A stretch of DNA of 63,948 bases, counting the filler. It is 6 parts of 6 records of this genome, joined end to end, with 100 filler letters (N's around TTAATTAATTAA, not from the genome) between each part and the next. Parts side by side here need not be neighbours in the genome. Positions count along the whole stretch, not along the records: positions 41,576 to 55,025 come from DRR723986_26801; positions 55,126 to 63,948 come from DRR723986_26856; 4 more parts are not named here. The stretch is one strand, 5' to 3'. The position numbers were made by a program, and so were the translations under genes. Numbering within the stretch: the stretch's first letter is position 1; each line of letters begins with the position of its first letter. The notes beneath the pieces are model-generated. The model did not search any database. It was not told where the DNA came from and saw only the letters and a list, made by a program, of their open reading frames with translations. Positions 50,853 through 60,799 of the stretch are shown piece by piece.

Positions 50853-51440
50853 ATGCACGGAACCCCGGAACATAATGACGAAGAATTGATGCGCGCGCTG
50901 CGTGGCTCCAAGGCGGAAGCCGAGGCCGCATTTGGACGTATCTATGAATTGTATTCCGCACGCCTGATGGCTTACTGTTCATGCATTCTGGGTGATAAAG
51001 AGCATGCCGAGGATATCTTTCAGGAGACCTTCCTGCGCTTTCATAAGCAAACAACTTCGGGCAAGGAGATTCACAACATTGCTGGTTTGTTGATCACCAT
51101 TGCGCGAAACCTTTGCCTGAATGCCAAGCGCGACCGCAAGGCGACTGTTCCAATCGAAAACCTGGAACACGAACTGCGCGAACACATGTCCTACGAGCGC
51201 ACCGAGTTGCTTGGTTTGATAATGATGGCGCTCGAACTCCTGGACTTTAAACACCGCGAAGCATTTGTCTTACGTAAAATCGATGGCTTCTCTTTAAAAG
51301 AAATTGCTGAAATCTGTGATCTCTCGGTGGAAGGCGCCAAAACACGCGTTAATCGCGCCAGAAAGAAGATCCAGGAAATCCTGGCTCCGTATCTGAAAGA
51401 TTTGGCGCGCAATTCCCAAAATGGTGAATCCCATGTTTAA
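50853..51440 (+). CDS. ECF RNA polymerase sigma factor
   Basis: AEDIFQETF, IARNLCLN, FSLKEIAEI...KTRVNRAR. Confidence 0.95.
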   Translation: MHGTPEHNDEELMRALRGSKAEAEAAFGRIYELYSARLMAYCSCILGDKEHAEDIFQETFLRFHKQTTSGKEIHNIAGLLITIARNLCLNAKRDRKATVPIENLEHELREHMSYERTELLGLIMMALELLDFKHREAFVLRKIDGFSLKEIAEICDLSVEGAKTRVNRARKKIQEILAPYLKDLARNSQNGESHV

Positions 51441-52854
51441 CGACGACGACTTACTAGACTATATAGACGGCGAACTTTCGCCGGAGCAGGAACAAGACTT
51501 GTTTTCCAGCTTGGCAGTTAACCCCGCTCAGCGCGATCAGCTGCGCACCCATCGGCATATCGAAGATGGTGTGAAAGACAGCCTGGAACAACTCGCTCCC
51601 AGCGCCGAACAAAAAGAACGCCTGTTTAGCGCCATTAACAGCCAGGCAGCAGTTAACACGAAAGTGCCGGCCGGACGCCGCAGCCTCTGGGGCGGATTGC
51701 TGCTCCTCGGCCTGGTCTCAGTTGCTACTGTGATGCTGACCAGTGATTGGATGTCGGACTCCGGCGCTTCTTCGCAGGAATTGTTAACATCAGCGAATGT
51801 TAACACCGGCGCCGCAGATAATGCTGCCGGCAATGAATCAAATGTTAACGGTCTTGAGTCATTAAAATCGGCTGAAGAGCCGGCGGACAATCCGTATCGT
51901 AGTCTGGCCGCAGGCAACAGTGAGCAGCGCCACAATCGCAATGCGGAAAGTAACAATGCACTTAGTGGTCATGCCAATCAAAGCCGTGGCACTGCAAATC
52001 CAAGGTCCGTCCAGAACTCCGACCTGAACTCCGCCCAGAATTCCGATCAGAACTCCGGCCCGAATTCAGGTGCTGCTGCGGGCAGCCGGCAACTTCAAAT
52101 GCACTCCGCTTCAGATGAAAATTTGAAGGCAAACTTTGGCGCAAATTCTGCCGGCGCTACTCTCAAGGATGGTAATAATCTGGATGCACCTACTGCCGAT
52201 GCATCCGCGAGTTCGAGTGCTCAAACTGTGAATTCACAGCTCAGTCCGGCTCTGATTAACCTTGCAGCTGCGCTGCCGCTGGGTGCGGAGGAGTTAAACA
52301 GGCCTACGGCTGCGCAGGGCGCCCATCGTGACATTGAATATGCCGTAACTGCCCAGCAAGTACAAAGTTGGCTCTCGGACTTTTCACTTGAGTTTCAGTA
52401 TGCACAGAGCCTGGACTTGCCGCGTCCAACGATTGAACCGGCCAGCCGTGCGGCAACGGATCAACTGGCTGGGGCCGTGTTATATCATGGTTTTCAGGCG
52501 GTAACGCTCGGTGTGGAAGTGCGTTCAGAGACGTTTTTTCAGGAGTTTGAGGGCCGCAACGCAGATGGAATTCCGGTTCTGTTCGAGCAACAACCAAACT
52601 TTGTAAGTGTTGCTCTGCTGGCTGAACGCGGATTTCTGGAGTTTGCCGGCATCGACGTTTTTGGCCGTGCTGCTCTGGGAGCCAATCGGGTTGGAACTGT
52701 CGGCCGAGCCATGCTGGGCCTGCGTTATGACTTAACAGAACAACTTAGTGTTATGTCTGGCCTGGAAGGCAGCCTGCTGTTTTACAATCATGAAAATTTG
52801 GCATACCAATCGCGCAAAACACAAGTGCTTGGAATGCTGCGCTATCGACTTTAA
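51433..52854 (+). CDS. Putative anti-sigma factor with TM helix, disordered linker and C-terminal beta-barrel-like domain
   Basis: LLDYIDGELSPEQE anti-sigma-like N-terminus overlapping the sigma stop; one TM; Asn/Ser/Ala-rich linker; amphipathic beta strands ending LRYRL. Confidence 0.75.
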   Translation: MFNDDDLLDYIDGELSPEQEQDLFSSLAVNPAQRDQLRTHRHIEDGVKDSLEQLAPSAEQKERLFSAINSQAAVNTKVPAGRRSLWGGLLLLGLVSVATVMLTSDWMSDSGASSQELLTSANVNTGAADNAAGNESNVNGLESLKSAEEPADNPYRSLAAGNSEQRHNRNAESNNALSGHANQSRGTANPRSVQNSDLNSAQNSDQNSGPNSGAAAGSRQLQMHSASDENLKANFGANSAGATLKDGNNLDAPTADASASSSAQTVNSQLSPALINLAAALPLGAEELNRPTAAQGAHRDIEYAVTAQQVQSWLSDFSLEFQYAQSLDLPRPTIEPASRAATDQLAGAVLYHGFQAVTLGVEVRSETFFQEFEGRNADGIPVLFEQQPNFVSVALLAERGFLEFAGIDVFGRAALGANRVGTVGRAMLGLRYDLTEQLSVMSGLEGSLLFYNHENLAYQSRKTQVLGMLRYRL

Positions 52855-52971
52855 GCCCGAATTGTGTTTACCCTTCAATGCTGCAGCTAGGGTTGGTTAA
52901 ACCGAAATGTTAATCACATTGTAACTTATTGCTCTATTTAGTATTGACTTTTGTATAGTGGTGAATGTGTT

Positions 52972-53658
52972 ATGACTGAAGAATACATCAGACAAACCCG
53001 CAGCCTTTTCTTTGGCGCGCTGACTCTCTTTTCATTTTTTATGTTGGCTCTGGGCCTGGCTTCCTGCAGCAATTCTTTAGGTGTTGAAGATAACGTGCGT
53101 GAGACGCCATTAAACAACGCAATCATTCCACTGGAAGTTGGAATTTCCTGGACCTACCGAGTTACCAGCCTGGCCGAAAACGGCGATCAGATCGGGCAGG
53201 TGCATCGTTTTGTAGATGTCACTCAGGTTCACGTTATCAACGGCGAAGATTGGTACCGCGTCAGCTACAGCGGTGATGTTAACATGGACGTGCTGCTCAG
53301 CCAGCGCGATGATGGAATATATCGCCTTTGGGCTGACGACGTAGCGCGTCTCTACCTTGCCGATCCAGCAACGCTTGGCCAGAAATACACATTCCCGGAT
53401 GTTGACCGTCCAGGCATGCAGAAAACTCGTCGCATTGAAGCCTTGGATCATATTGTCAGAATAGATGAAGAAGAATATTCCTGTGTGCAGGCTACGGATT
53501 ATCTGCGCGATCCGGATCTTCCGGGGTGGCCATTTTCCACGGAGCATTTTTATGCAAACGGCACGGGTCTTGTAAGTGTTAAGCAAATTTCGCTCAGTCC
53601 GTTGGACTCCCCTTATCTATCGGAACTGGTCGAGTTAGTTAAGTTCTCAAAACAGTAA
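52972..53658 (+). CDS. Putative lipoprotein
   Basis: Lipobox LASC; IIPLEVGISWTY...FYANGTGLV pattern. Confidence 0.8.
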   Translation: MTEEYIRQTRSLFFGALTLFSFFMLALGLASCSNSLGVEDNVRETPLNNAIIPLEVGISWTYRVTSLAENGDQIGQVHRFVDVTQVHVINGEDWYRVSYSGDVNMDVLLSQRDDGIYRLWADDVARLYLADPATLGQKYTFPDVDRPGMQKTRRIEALDHIVRIDEEEYSCVQATDYLRDPDLPGWPFSTEHFYANGTGLVSVKQISLSPLDSPYLSELVELVKFSKQ

Positions 53659-53676
53659 AAAAGGGTTTTAATGCAG

Positions 53677-53808
53677 GAAAGGTGAGCCGCTTCCAGCGCG
53701 GGGGTGTTCACGGAATGCAGCCATGCGTGAGTCAGTGTGCCCACATTATCAGCGCCGGCTGCTGTGCCCCTCTGGTACATTCCCCCGCGAGATGCGGTTT
53801 CGCCTTTC
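53677..53808 (+). ncRNA. Candidate rod-like structured RNA (~132 nt)
   Basis: Nested stems GAAAGGTGAGCCGC/GCGGTTTCGCCTTTC, CGCGGGGG/CCCCCGCG and GCAGCC/GGCTGC; G-U pairs favour the plus strand. Confidence 0.4.
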
Positions 53809-53896
53809 AAAAGTCTTAAACTCTGTCACTGCTAAGAGAAGTTTAACATCTGTGTGACGCCGCGCTGTGTTTCATAGAATTGTTAATCTGATTGAT

Positions 53897-53934
53897 GAGG
53901 TCCTGGCAGTCATTGCTGGGGCCTCTTTTGTTTT
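53897..53934 (+). terminator. Intrinsic terminator
   Basis: GAGGTCCTGGCA/TGCTGGGGCCTC stem (G-U pairs valid on plus) followed by TTTTGTTTT. Confidence 0.75.
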
Positions 53935-54375
53935 ATCGCATTTTTTTGTCAGTGTTAAATTTGATGCATTGAAGAGACTCAGTTCAGCGCCCATTAATTC
54001 ACTGATCTGATCGCTTTGAGCTGCCCCTTTTGATTTGGGGCATCTCAGGCTTCTTGATTTTTTTGTTAGTCCTGGGGGCTCAAGCATGCAGTCGATAAAC
54101 CGCCAAGTACTTTTGAATCAAGGCTTTGAGGTTGAGGATTTTAGCGATCATGGAAACATGAATGCATTCCTTTTTGCGCCTTGGGGCGAGAGTTCGTTCG
54201 GCACAAGCACAGGCAAGGGCAAAGCACTTCAGCCCACATTGCGACGCATTTCTACAGTAATTCAGGCCGTTTGTACGCAGTTCCTGCCCGGTTAATCGAT
54301 TGCACTTGAGGTTCTGCGCGTAGAGTGTGACTTTGATCGCACAATCATTGTAGGATCAACAGTAAAGGATTGAAA

Positions 54376-54978
54376 ATGTTAAAGCCAGGAACCGTTTATC
54401 ACATCTATAATCGCGGTAACAACCGTGAACGATTGTTCAAGACACCAGCGAACTACGAGTACTTTCTTTCCAGGTGCCAGAAATACATTCTGCCGGTGGC
54501 GCAAATTTCTGCCTGGTGTCTTTTACCAAATCACTATCACTTCTTAGCAAAAATCAGGACAGAAGAAGAGCAAAATGAGTATTTCTGTCTCCAGCAGCGC
54601 GAAACTGAAACCTGCAGCGCTTTTAAAATGCGCAACCCGTCACGCGGTTTCGCGACTGCCTTCAGCACGTATGCAATGGCGTTTAATAAAATGAACTCCA
54701 GAACCGGCAGCTTGTTTCAGGACCGATTCAAGCGCAAGCAAGTGATATCAGTCGAGTATCGAGCACATTTGCTGCACTATATTCACTACAACCCCTCAAA
54801 ACACAAGCTTTCGAATTCGCCCGAAACCTACGAATGGTCATCTCTCTCAGCTTATTTGGCAGGTGCAGTTGATCCATTTCTCAAGAGCAGTCATCAAGAT
54901 TTTTACCAGGAGAATTCCAGATTTATGGAGGAATACCGCAGTGTCGATCCAGAAACTCTCAAGTCATCCTGGGCTTGA
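54376..54978 (+). mobile_element. REP-associated tyrosine transposase (RAYT, Y1 HUH)
   Basis: YHIYNRGNN, WCLLPNHYH (HUH), GSLFQDRF, YIHYNP, YEWSS. Confidence 0.92.
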
Positions 54979-55004
54979 CAAATAAAGCCCCGCGTAAAAA
55001 CGGC

Positions 55005-55025
55005 TCACAGCCCTGAGGGCTGTGA
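55005..55025. repeat. REP-like palindrome next to RAYT at contig end
   Basis: TCACAGCCC-TGA-GGGCTGTGA. Confidence 0.7.
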
Positions 55026-55125
55026 NNNNNNNNNNNNNNNNNNNNNNNNNNNNNNNNNNNNNNNNNNNNTTAATTAATTAANNNNNNNNNNNNNNNNNNN
55101 NNNNNNNNNNNNNNNNNNNNNNNNN
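55026..55125. other. Artificial contig linker
   Basis: Same spacer. Confidence 0.98.
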
Positions 55126-55171
55126 CCCACTGATTTTTTTGGTTCTTTTTTCATCCAAGGAAAAAAGAATG
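55126..55171 (+). repeat. 46-bp repeat, inverted copy at 63903-63948
   Basis: cccactgatttttttggttcttttttcatccaaggaaaaaagaatg versus the contig end; 1 mismatch. Confidence 0.92.
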
Positions 55172-55435
55172 GGTAGTATAAAAATTAAACGGCCTTAAAC
55201 CAGATATCAACAAGCTGCACCACCTTGCCTTTACGTAGCTTCGGCGAAGCCGGGCGGTAAATCTAAAACCATACTCAGTCAATCTGACGTAACAAGGCTA
55301 GGTCACATTGAGCTGCCACACTGAGCTGATACACTGAGCCTGTCGAAATGCGGCCGAATTATACATCATCTGCATTTTCCGCAAACCCCAAGTCACCTCC
55401 GCGTTATTCAATTCTTAAAACCACTACCTCCACCC

Positions 55436-55443
55436 TAACTTTG
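55436..55443 (+). promoter_or_regulatory. Bacteroidota -7 promoter box (TAACTTTG)
   Basis: TAnnTTTG just upstream of the ATG at 55458. Similar boxes occur at 58480-58487 (+) and 56702-56709 (-), each before a gene. Confidence 0.6.
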
Positions 55444-55457
55444 ACAAAAAAAATAAC

Positions 55458-56102
55458 ATGAAAAACAAAGCCACAATTATCCTATTAATTGCAATCATTC
55501 TTACCTCATGTGGAATGTCGAACAATTTTAATTCACAAAAATTCACTTCACTTAAAAAAATCAAACCTCAAAAAACAGAACAAAGTTTTGACCAAGAAGA
55601 ACTCGCACAAACATCTGAAGAAAATTCAGCCATCAATACATCAGAAGAACAAGGTCATGGTACCCAATCATCACCTCTTGATTTTACCCTTCCTAACAAT
55701 GCTGATCATTCTAAAGATGAAGTTGCCCTTATCAAATCTGAAGACAATTCTCAACCACAAAAATCGGCTACCTCATCAACCCCTCAAAAAAAGTACTTCA
55801 CGTTAGATGACGAAAAACCTGAGAAAACTCCGGAAGAAAAAAAAGAAAATAACATGTTCTGGTGGATGATGGTAATGTTTATCTTAGCGGCACCTGCCTC
55901 AATTGCTGTTGTTTATCCCGCAATCCCATTTTATCTGACAGCATTTATCCTAGCCATTCTTCTTATCAGACGCATTAACAAAATAGCACCTGAAGAGAGA
56001 ACTAAAAAACAAAAAAGAAGAAAAGGATTAGCCATTTGGGTTTTAGTACATTGGGCAATAGGACTCGGAATTTTCGGCCTAATTCTATTTTACTACTATT
56101 AA
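55458..56102 (+). CDS. Lipoprotein-like hypothetical with C-terminal TM helices
   Basis: LTSC lipobox, polar linker, 2-3 hydrophobic helices. Confidence 0.8.
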   Translation: MKNKATIILLIAIILTSCGMSNNFNSQKFTSLKKIKPQKTEQSFDQEELAQTSEENSAINTSEEQGHGTQSSPLDFTLPNNADHSKDEVALIKSEDNSQPQKSATSSTPQKKYFTLDDEKPEKTPEEKKENNMFWWMMVMFILAAPASIAVVYPAIPFYLTAFILAILLIRRINKIAPEERTKKQKRRKGLAIWVLVHWAIGLGIFGLILFYYY

Positions 56103-56252
56103 AATGCTTGTCACCTGATGCTAAGTTATCTAGCCCCTCCTGCATTCCATTCCTGAGGATACATGCAGTGCAGTGAGATCAAGTAAACTATAAGCGGCCT
56201 ATTGAATGGTTCGATTTCTACATGGCTTACACAACATTCAACCCTAACTAAA

Positions 56253-56675
56253 TCAATATTTCAGCTGAATGCTTTCACAATCATTTGCCGCTGCCTGAAT
56301 TGAACCGTCAAACCGCTGGGTGCCGTTTTGGTCATTAACCAAATAAGCCATGGTCTTTGTAGGCGTAGCCCCTAAATCTAACGTAACCGTAAAATTATCA
56401 CCACCGCAATCAGGGCCTACTTTCCAATCCGTTGCCGGAATATCTCCTACTAATTCATCATTGATATACACATAAAGCGTTGTGACTCCATATGAATTCA
56501 CGAATAAACTAGAAATACTTTGATTGAACCAAAATGAAACTTGGCTTTCATAAGAACAAGTACCGTCATCCTTTTTCGCGGCATTGTCATAATTCACCGC
56601 TATTCCATCAGTACAACCTTCTTTTTTACATGAGACAATCACTAACAATGAAAAAACAACTACTAAAATTCTCAT
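56253..56675 (-). CDS. Lipoprotein
   Basis: IVSCKKEGCTDGIAVNYDNAAKKDDGTC (GCTD..A.NY motif). Confidence 0.85.
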   Translation of the reverse strand: MRILVVVFSLLVIVSCKKEGCTDGIAVNYDNAAKKDDGTCSYESQVSFWFNQSISSLFVNSYGVTTLYVYINDELVGDIPATDWKVGPDCGGDNFTVTLDLGATPTKTMAYLVNDQNGTQRFDGSIQAAANDCESIQLKY

Positions 56676-57088
56676 AACCCATATTTTATTTAATCAACAA
56701 TCAAATCTACGAATTGATATTGACTTGGTCTATTTTAAAGGCAAGCGGTTATCCTCAATTATCTCGCGACCCTATTATTTAGCTAATAGCTTTAATTGGA
56801 CACCAAACAGTTGGAAAATCAAGTTAAAGAACAAACTAAAAACGTTTTTGAAACGATAAATGTCGAGATAAAATAGGTTTTTTAGCCAGCTTTTCCTGCT
56901 TTTAGCTTTATTTCCCCAACTAAAAAATAGCAACCAGAACTTTCGCAGGGGTTTGCTACGCGCCACCGCTGCTCAACCGTGGTTGCAACAATTTTTTATC
57001 CTGGGTTAATGCCGCTGCAATCAGGGCTGGGATTTTGAAAGTAATTGAATCATTAAACCAGCAGTAAAACTGCTTAGGTCTCCTGCAA

Positions 57089-57400
57089 TCAGTTGCACTG
57101 ATCAACATTATCCGTATACTTTTGCTTCGCGTCTTTATAGACTTCAGGAAAATCACTTTGTATACCCTGATCATTTGCAACCCGGTTTAATTCACTTTGA
57201 CCAGTACTTTTACACTTTGCAGTTTCTTCAATTAGCGCATCTTCTTGCAACGAACCTAATGCATTTATACAATCACACGCTATGATGCTCTGCTCCTCCA
57301 CTAGAGAGTTTAACTTTGTTTTAGCTTCACCTTCCGTTAATCCTCCGCAGGCACTTAAAAATACCAACACAGGAAGTAATAACAAAACTGTTGTCTTCAT
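57089..57400 (-). CDS. Small lipoprotein
   Basis: LSAC lipobox; CDC...C...C pattern. Confidence 0.75.
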   Translation of the reverse strand: MKTTVLLLLPVLVFLSACGGLTEGEAKTKLNSLVEEQSIIACDCINALGSLQEDALIEETAKCKSTGQSELNRVANDQGIQSDFPEVYKDAKQKYTDNVDQCN

Positions 57401-57510
57401 AGAATAAATATCACAATTTTTAGCTAAAAAGTGTGTCATTCAAAAGGATGATTTTGAGACTATCACTGAATTTGAGCACATTAAATTACTACTTTAGTTA
57501 AAAAAATATC

Positions 57511-57945
57511 ATGAAAAAAATTCTAATTTATTTACCCGCATTGTTCCTAATGTCATGCGGAAATGGGTCAACTGATGATACATCTGAAGATTCAGAAGTT
57601 GCCGAAAACTCGATTGCTGTTTTCTCTACTGATGCTCAAGGCAATAACGGCAAGCTCGTTGAAAAAATCACCGGTGCTGATGCTGATGCCTATTTGGGCG
57701 ATATCAACGAATATGTTGACATTACAGTTAATTTAGGAGAAGGCGTTGACATTCCTGCTGACAAAGTTTTTGATTGTTTAAAAAACACAACTTTTACTCA
57801 AGAAGCCTACAGCCCGTATGATTCTCAAGACTGCCTTGAAGAAGCGAGTGGGGTTGCATTAAAGCCTTCTTCTTTTAAAAACAAGGGCAGCACCGGAGGT
57901 GAAGTACAATACATCTACAAATTGACTTTCCTTAAAAAGGATTAA
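57511..57945 (+). CDS. Lipoprotein
   Basis: MKK...LMSC lipobox followed by acidic residues. Confidence 0.8.
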   Translation: MKKILIYLPALFLMSCGNGSTDDTSEDSEVAENSIAVFSTDAQGNNGKLVEKITGADADAYLGDINEYVDITVNLGEGVDIPADKVFDCLKNTTFTQEAYSPYDSQDCLEEASGVALKPSSFKNKGSTGGEVQYIYKLTFLKKD

Positions 57946-57957
57946 AACAATTTTTTC

Positions 57958-57993
57958 AAACAACTGCAAAAGTTATAGCTTTTGTAGTTGTTT
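57958..57993. terminator. Hairpin between converging genes
   Basis: AAACAACTGCAAAAG/CTTTTGTAGTTGTTT arms. Confidence 0.55.
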
Positions 57994-58061
57994 AAATTGT
58001 TAATTCGTTCAACGACAAAATCGTCTTAGTATGTAATTTTGCTTACACTGATAAGCGATAG

Positions 58062-58349
58062 CTACATAACTACTTGCTTTAACTGAGACAAAGGGACCAC
58101 ACCAGACTGCCTCCATACTTGCTGTCCGTTCTTGTATAAAATCATGGTTGGCACCCCTCTTACCCCCATTTGACCAGCAATCTGCTGGTGCTTATCCACA
58201 TCAATTTTGACAATTTTTACCTGGTCACCCAATTCATTTTTTAACGCCTTTAATATGGGAGACAATGATTTACAAGGTCCACACCAGGTGGCATGAAAAT
58301 CAACCAGCACAGTGGGGTGACTATTAATGAGTTCTTGAAATTTCGCCAT
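58062..58349 (-). CDS. trxA: Thioredoxin
   Basis: VDFHATWCGPCK, VRGVPT. Confidence 0.95.
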   Translation of the reverse strand: MAKFQELINSHPTVLVDFHATWCGPCKSLSPILKALKNELGDQVKIVKIDVDKHQQIAGQMGVRGVPTMILYKNGQQVWRQSGVVPLSQLKQVVM

Positions 58350-58512
58350 TTTCAATTCTTATATTCTAGTGTGTTGACGCATTACTGTGGCAAATATTGC
58401 ATGGTATCATATCATTTACTTGCGGACATTACGCCATAAAAAACCGTACTTTCCCATTAATGAATTAACTTTTATTGGCTAGGTTTGAAACCAATTTTAA
58501 AGATTTTCCTTC

Positions 58513-59385
58513 ATGAAAACCGTTCTTCTTCTTGCCGTGATATCTTTCGCTGCGTTTATCAGCTATTCGCAAGAACCCGATTTGAATAGCGTAAAAGGTT
58601 TAAGACTAGCCAAGGGCCAAACTGATCACAAAATATACGCGAACAACGCCAAAGACAAACCCGAATGGAAAGATTGGAGAAAACTCAATTATAGAGTGTA
58701 TTTCAGAATCGTCAAGGCTCCTTCAGTAAAAAAAAATGGAACAACCTATATATTGATAACCATTCCTGGAAAGTCAGACTCCCTGAACCAATCAGAACTG
58801 AAAATAGCGAATAGGGGTGACTTCCCTCGAACAGGGAAATCTATTAGCGCAAAAGACTTTGATCAAAATTTTTGGATTGACTCTTCTATCGTTGCTGATT
58901 TGACAGTCAAAGAACACTTTAAATACGAAAATAACGCTTTCTCAGGGGCACTTACTGCACCATTTAAGTTGAGATTAGCTTTAGGCTCAGCACCAGACTC
59001 ATATATTGATGGCAATTTTAATGTCGCGCCATTTTTTGGCTGGAAGTTTCGAATTTCTAGAAGCAAACCACATTTTGTTTCTCCCTTTATTTTTGCCGGT
59101 ATTACGACTTTAAATTATTCATCCAGCGTAAACAACAGAATTTCAGATCCTAAAATAAAAGAAAATGGGGCTGGCTACACTTATGGAGGAGGTGTTGCCT
59201 TCAGATTTGGAACAATTTCTCCTGGTTTAATTTTTGGCTTCGATCATGGGGTTGGAAATCTCGGGACAGGATATCAATATCAAGATAAACTGTGGATCAG
59301 TTTTAGTCTCAATTTTGAATTCTTTAAACCAAAAGAACTAGACGGATCAAAAGACAAAGTGAACTCAACGACTAACATTAAGTAA
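58513..59385 (+). CDS. Exported hypothetical protein with beta-rich C-terminus
   Basis: Signal peptide; LTAPFKLR, GLIFGFD, KLWISFSLNF. Confidence 0.8.
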   Translation: MKTVLLLAVISFAAFISYSQEPDLNSVKGLRLAKGQTDHKIYANNAKDKPEWKDWRKLNYRVYFRIVKAPSVKKNGTTYILITIPGKSDSLNQSELKIANRGDFPRTGKSISAKDFDQNFWIDSSIVADLTVKEHFKYENNAFSGALTAPFKLRLALGSAPDSYIDGNFNVAPFFGWKFRISRSKPHFVSPFIFAGITTLNYSSSVNNRISDPKIKENGAGYTYGGGVAFRFGTISPGLIFGFDHGVGNLGTGYQYQDKLWISFSLNFEFFKPKELDGSKDKVNSTTNIK

Positions 59386-59397
59386 ATTAATAATCAA

Positions 59398-60789
59398 ATG
59401 AAATCGATTGTTCTTTCTTTAACCATTTTATTAAGCTCTCATTTACTATTTGCCCAAGAAACGAATTCAAAATGGAAATACTTTGAAAAGTATTCTAATG
59501 ATGGGAGAAAAAAAGATCTATTATACAAACATTGGAGACAGTACTTTTTAGAAGATATCTACGGAGAGCTAACAGAAACGCCAGAAGAAGAATATTTTTG
59601 CCTGTTCTATGACAGCTATGGGGGGCTTTATCCTGATTTCGAGTATTTGAACCAATTAGAAGAAAGTGTTTTTGATGATTTAACAGGTAAAGAGCTAAAT
59701 GATAAAAACAATTTAAAGTACAGTATTTATCAACTCGCCATAAACTATAGATACTACAAAACACAAATTAAATTCAAACAACAGGCGAAGTCTCGTTTAC
59801 CGCTAGGACAACTTTGGGAGCATGAAAAATACAAAGAAGCGATCAATTCAATTCCATATAACAATCCAAATAATACTACCATTAGTGATTTCTATACTAT
59901 ATGGGATTCACTCACCATACCTTCACTCAGTAAAAAACTTGCCAAAAAATTAGAGAACAAAAAGAACGTGGTGTTTTTTGCGCATGGATATAACGTGCCG
60001 TATAGCCTCGCATGCTTGCAAGCAAAGTTATTGAGCGAGTCATTGGATAAAGAGAACATAAAAGAAAGCGAAACGATAATGATACCCATCTTATGGTCAT
60101 CAAATGATCAGAAATACCTAAATCTTGAAAATTCTGATGATTTTACAACTAAAAATGAAAAAAATCTAAAAAATGGAACGCGCTTCTGGTTTTATTCAAA
60201 CAGAGCTTATTATGCTGCGCTAAAATTTCGACAACTTTTAAACTACCTTGAGGCAGATCTTAAGGACAAAAATGTTCTTTTTTTATCACATAGTTTAGGA
60301 ACAATAATACCGACAACAGCATTCATTAATAATAAAGGCAAAATGCAACAGTCTGGTATTTCAAATGATTTAATAAGACTAATGGAAAACACTGAAATTC
60401 CAAACCTTAGATGCAAAGTTTTTATGAGTGCCCCTGCAATGCCAGGAAGAACAACTTTTGCTAAAAATGATATGGACGCGAATAAACTCAAAAACATCAA
60501 ATACTATTCAACGGTAAACAAAAATGATGAGATGCTTGGTAAAACCATGCTCAAAAAATTTGGTTTGAGCGGAAAAATAAGAGCCAACACATTAAATGCT
60601 ACAAGCTTAGGTCTCAACGAGCAGGGAGATGCAGAAGATGTAAAATCAAATTTTAAAGAAATAGGACTTGAATCCAATTTTATTTTCAAAGAAGTTTCAA
60701 ATCAGATTGATCATGATATATTCTCTTATATTCAGCAAGCAGGTTATGTTGAATTTCTTAAGGAATTTGTGGAAGCAACCAATAATTAG
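59398..60789 (+). CDS. Exported alpha/beta hydrolase (DUF900-like)
   Basis: VFFAHGYN, LSHSLG nucleophile elbow, NKND, C-terminal His (IDHD). Confidence 0.8.
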   Translation: MKSIVLSLTILLSSHLLFAQETNSKWKYFEKYSNDGRKKDLLYKHWRQYFLEDIYGELTETPEEEYFCLFYDSYGGLYPDFEYLNQLEESVFDDLTGKELNDKNNLKYSIYQLAINYRYYKTQIKFKQQAKSRLPLGQLWEHEKYKEAINSIPYNNPNNTTISDFYTIWDSLTIPSLSKKLAKKLENKKNVVFFAHGYNVPYSLACLQAKLLSESLDKENIKESETIMIPILWSSNDQKYLNLENSDDFTTKNEKNLKNGTRFWFYSNRAYYAALKFRQLLNYLEADLKDKNVLFLSHSLGTIIPTTAFINNKGKMQQSGISNDLIRLMENTEIPNLRCKVFMSAPAMPGRTTFAKNDMDANKLKNIKYYSTVNKNDEMLGKTMLKKFGLSGKIRANTLNATSLGLNEQGDAEDVKSNFKEIGLESNFIFKEVSNQIDHDIFSYIQQAGYVEFLKEFVEATNN

Positions 60790-60799
60790 AGCATATCTA

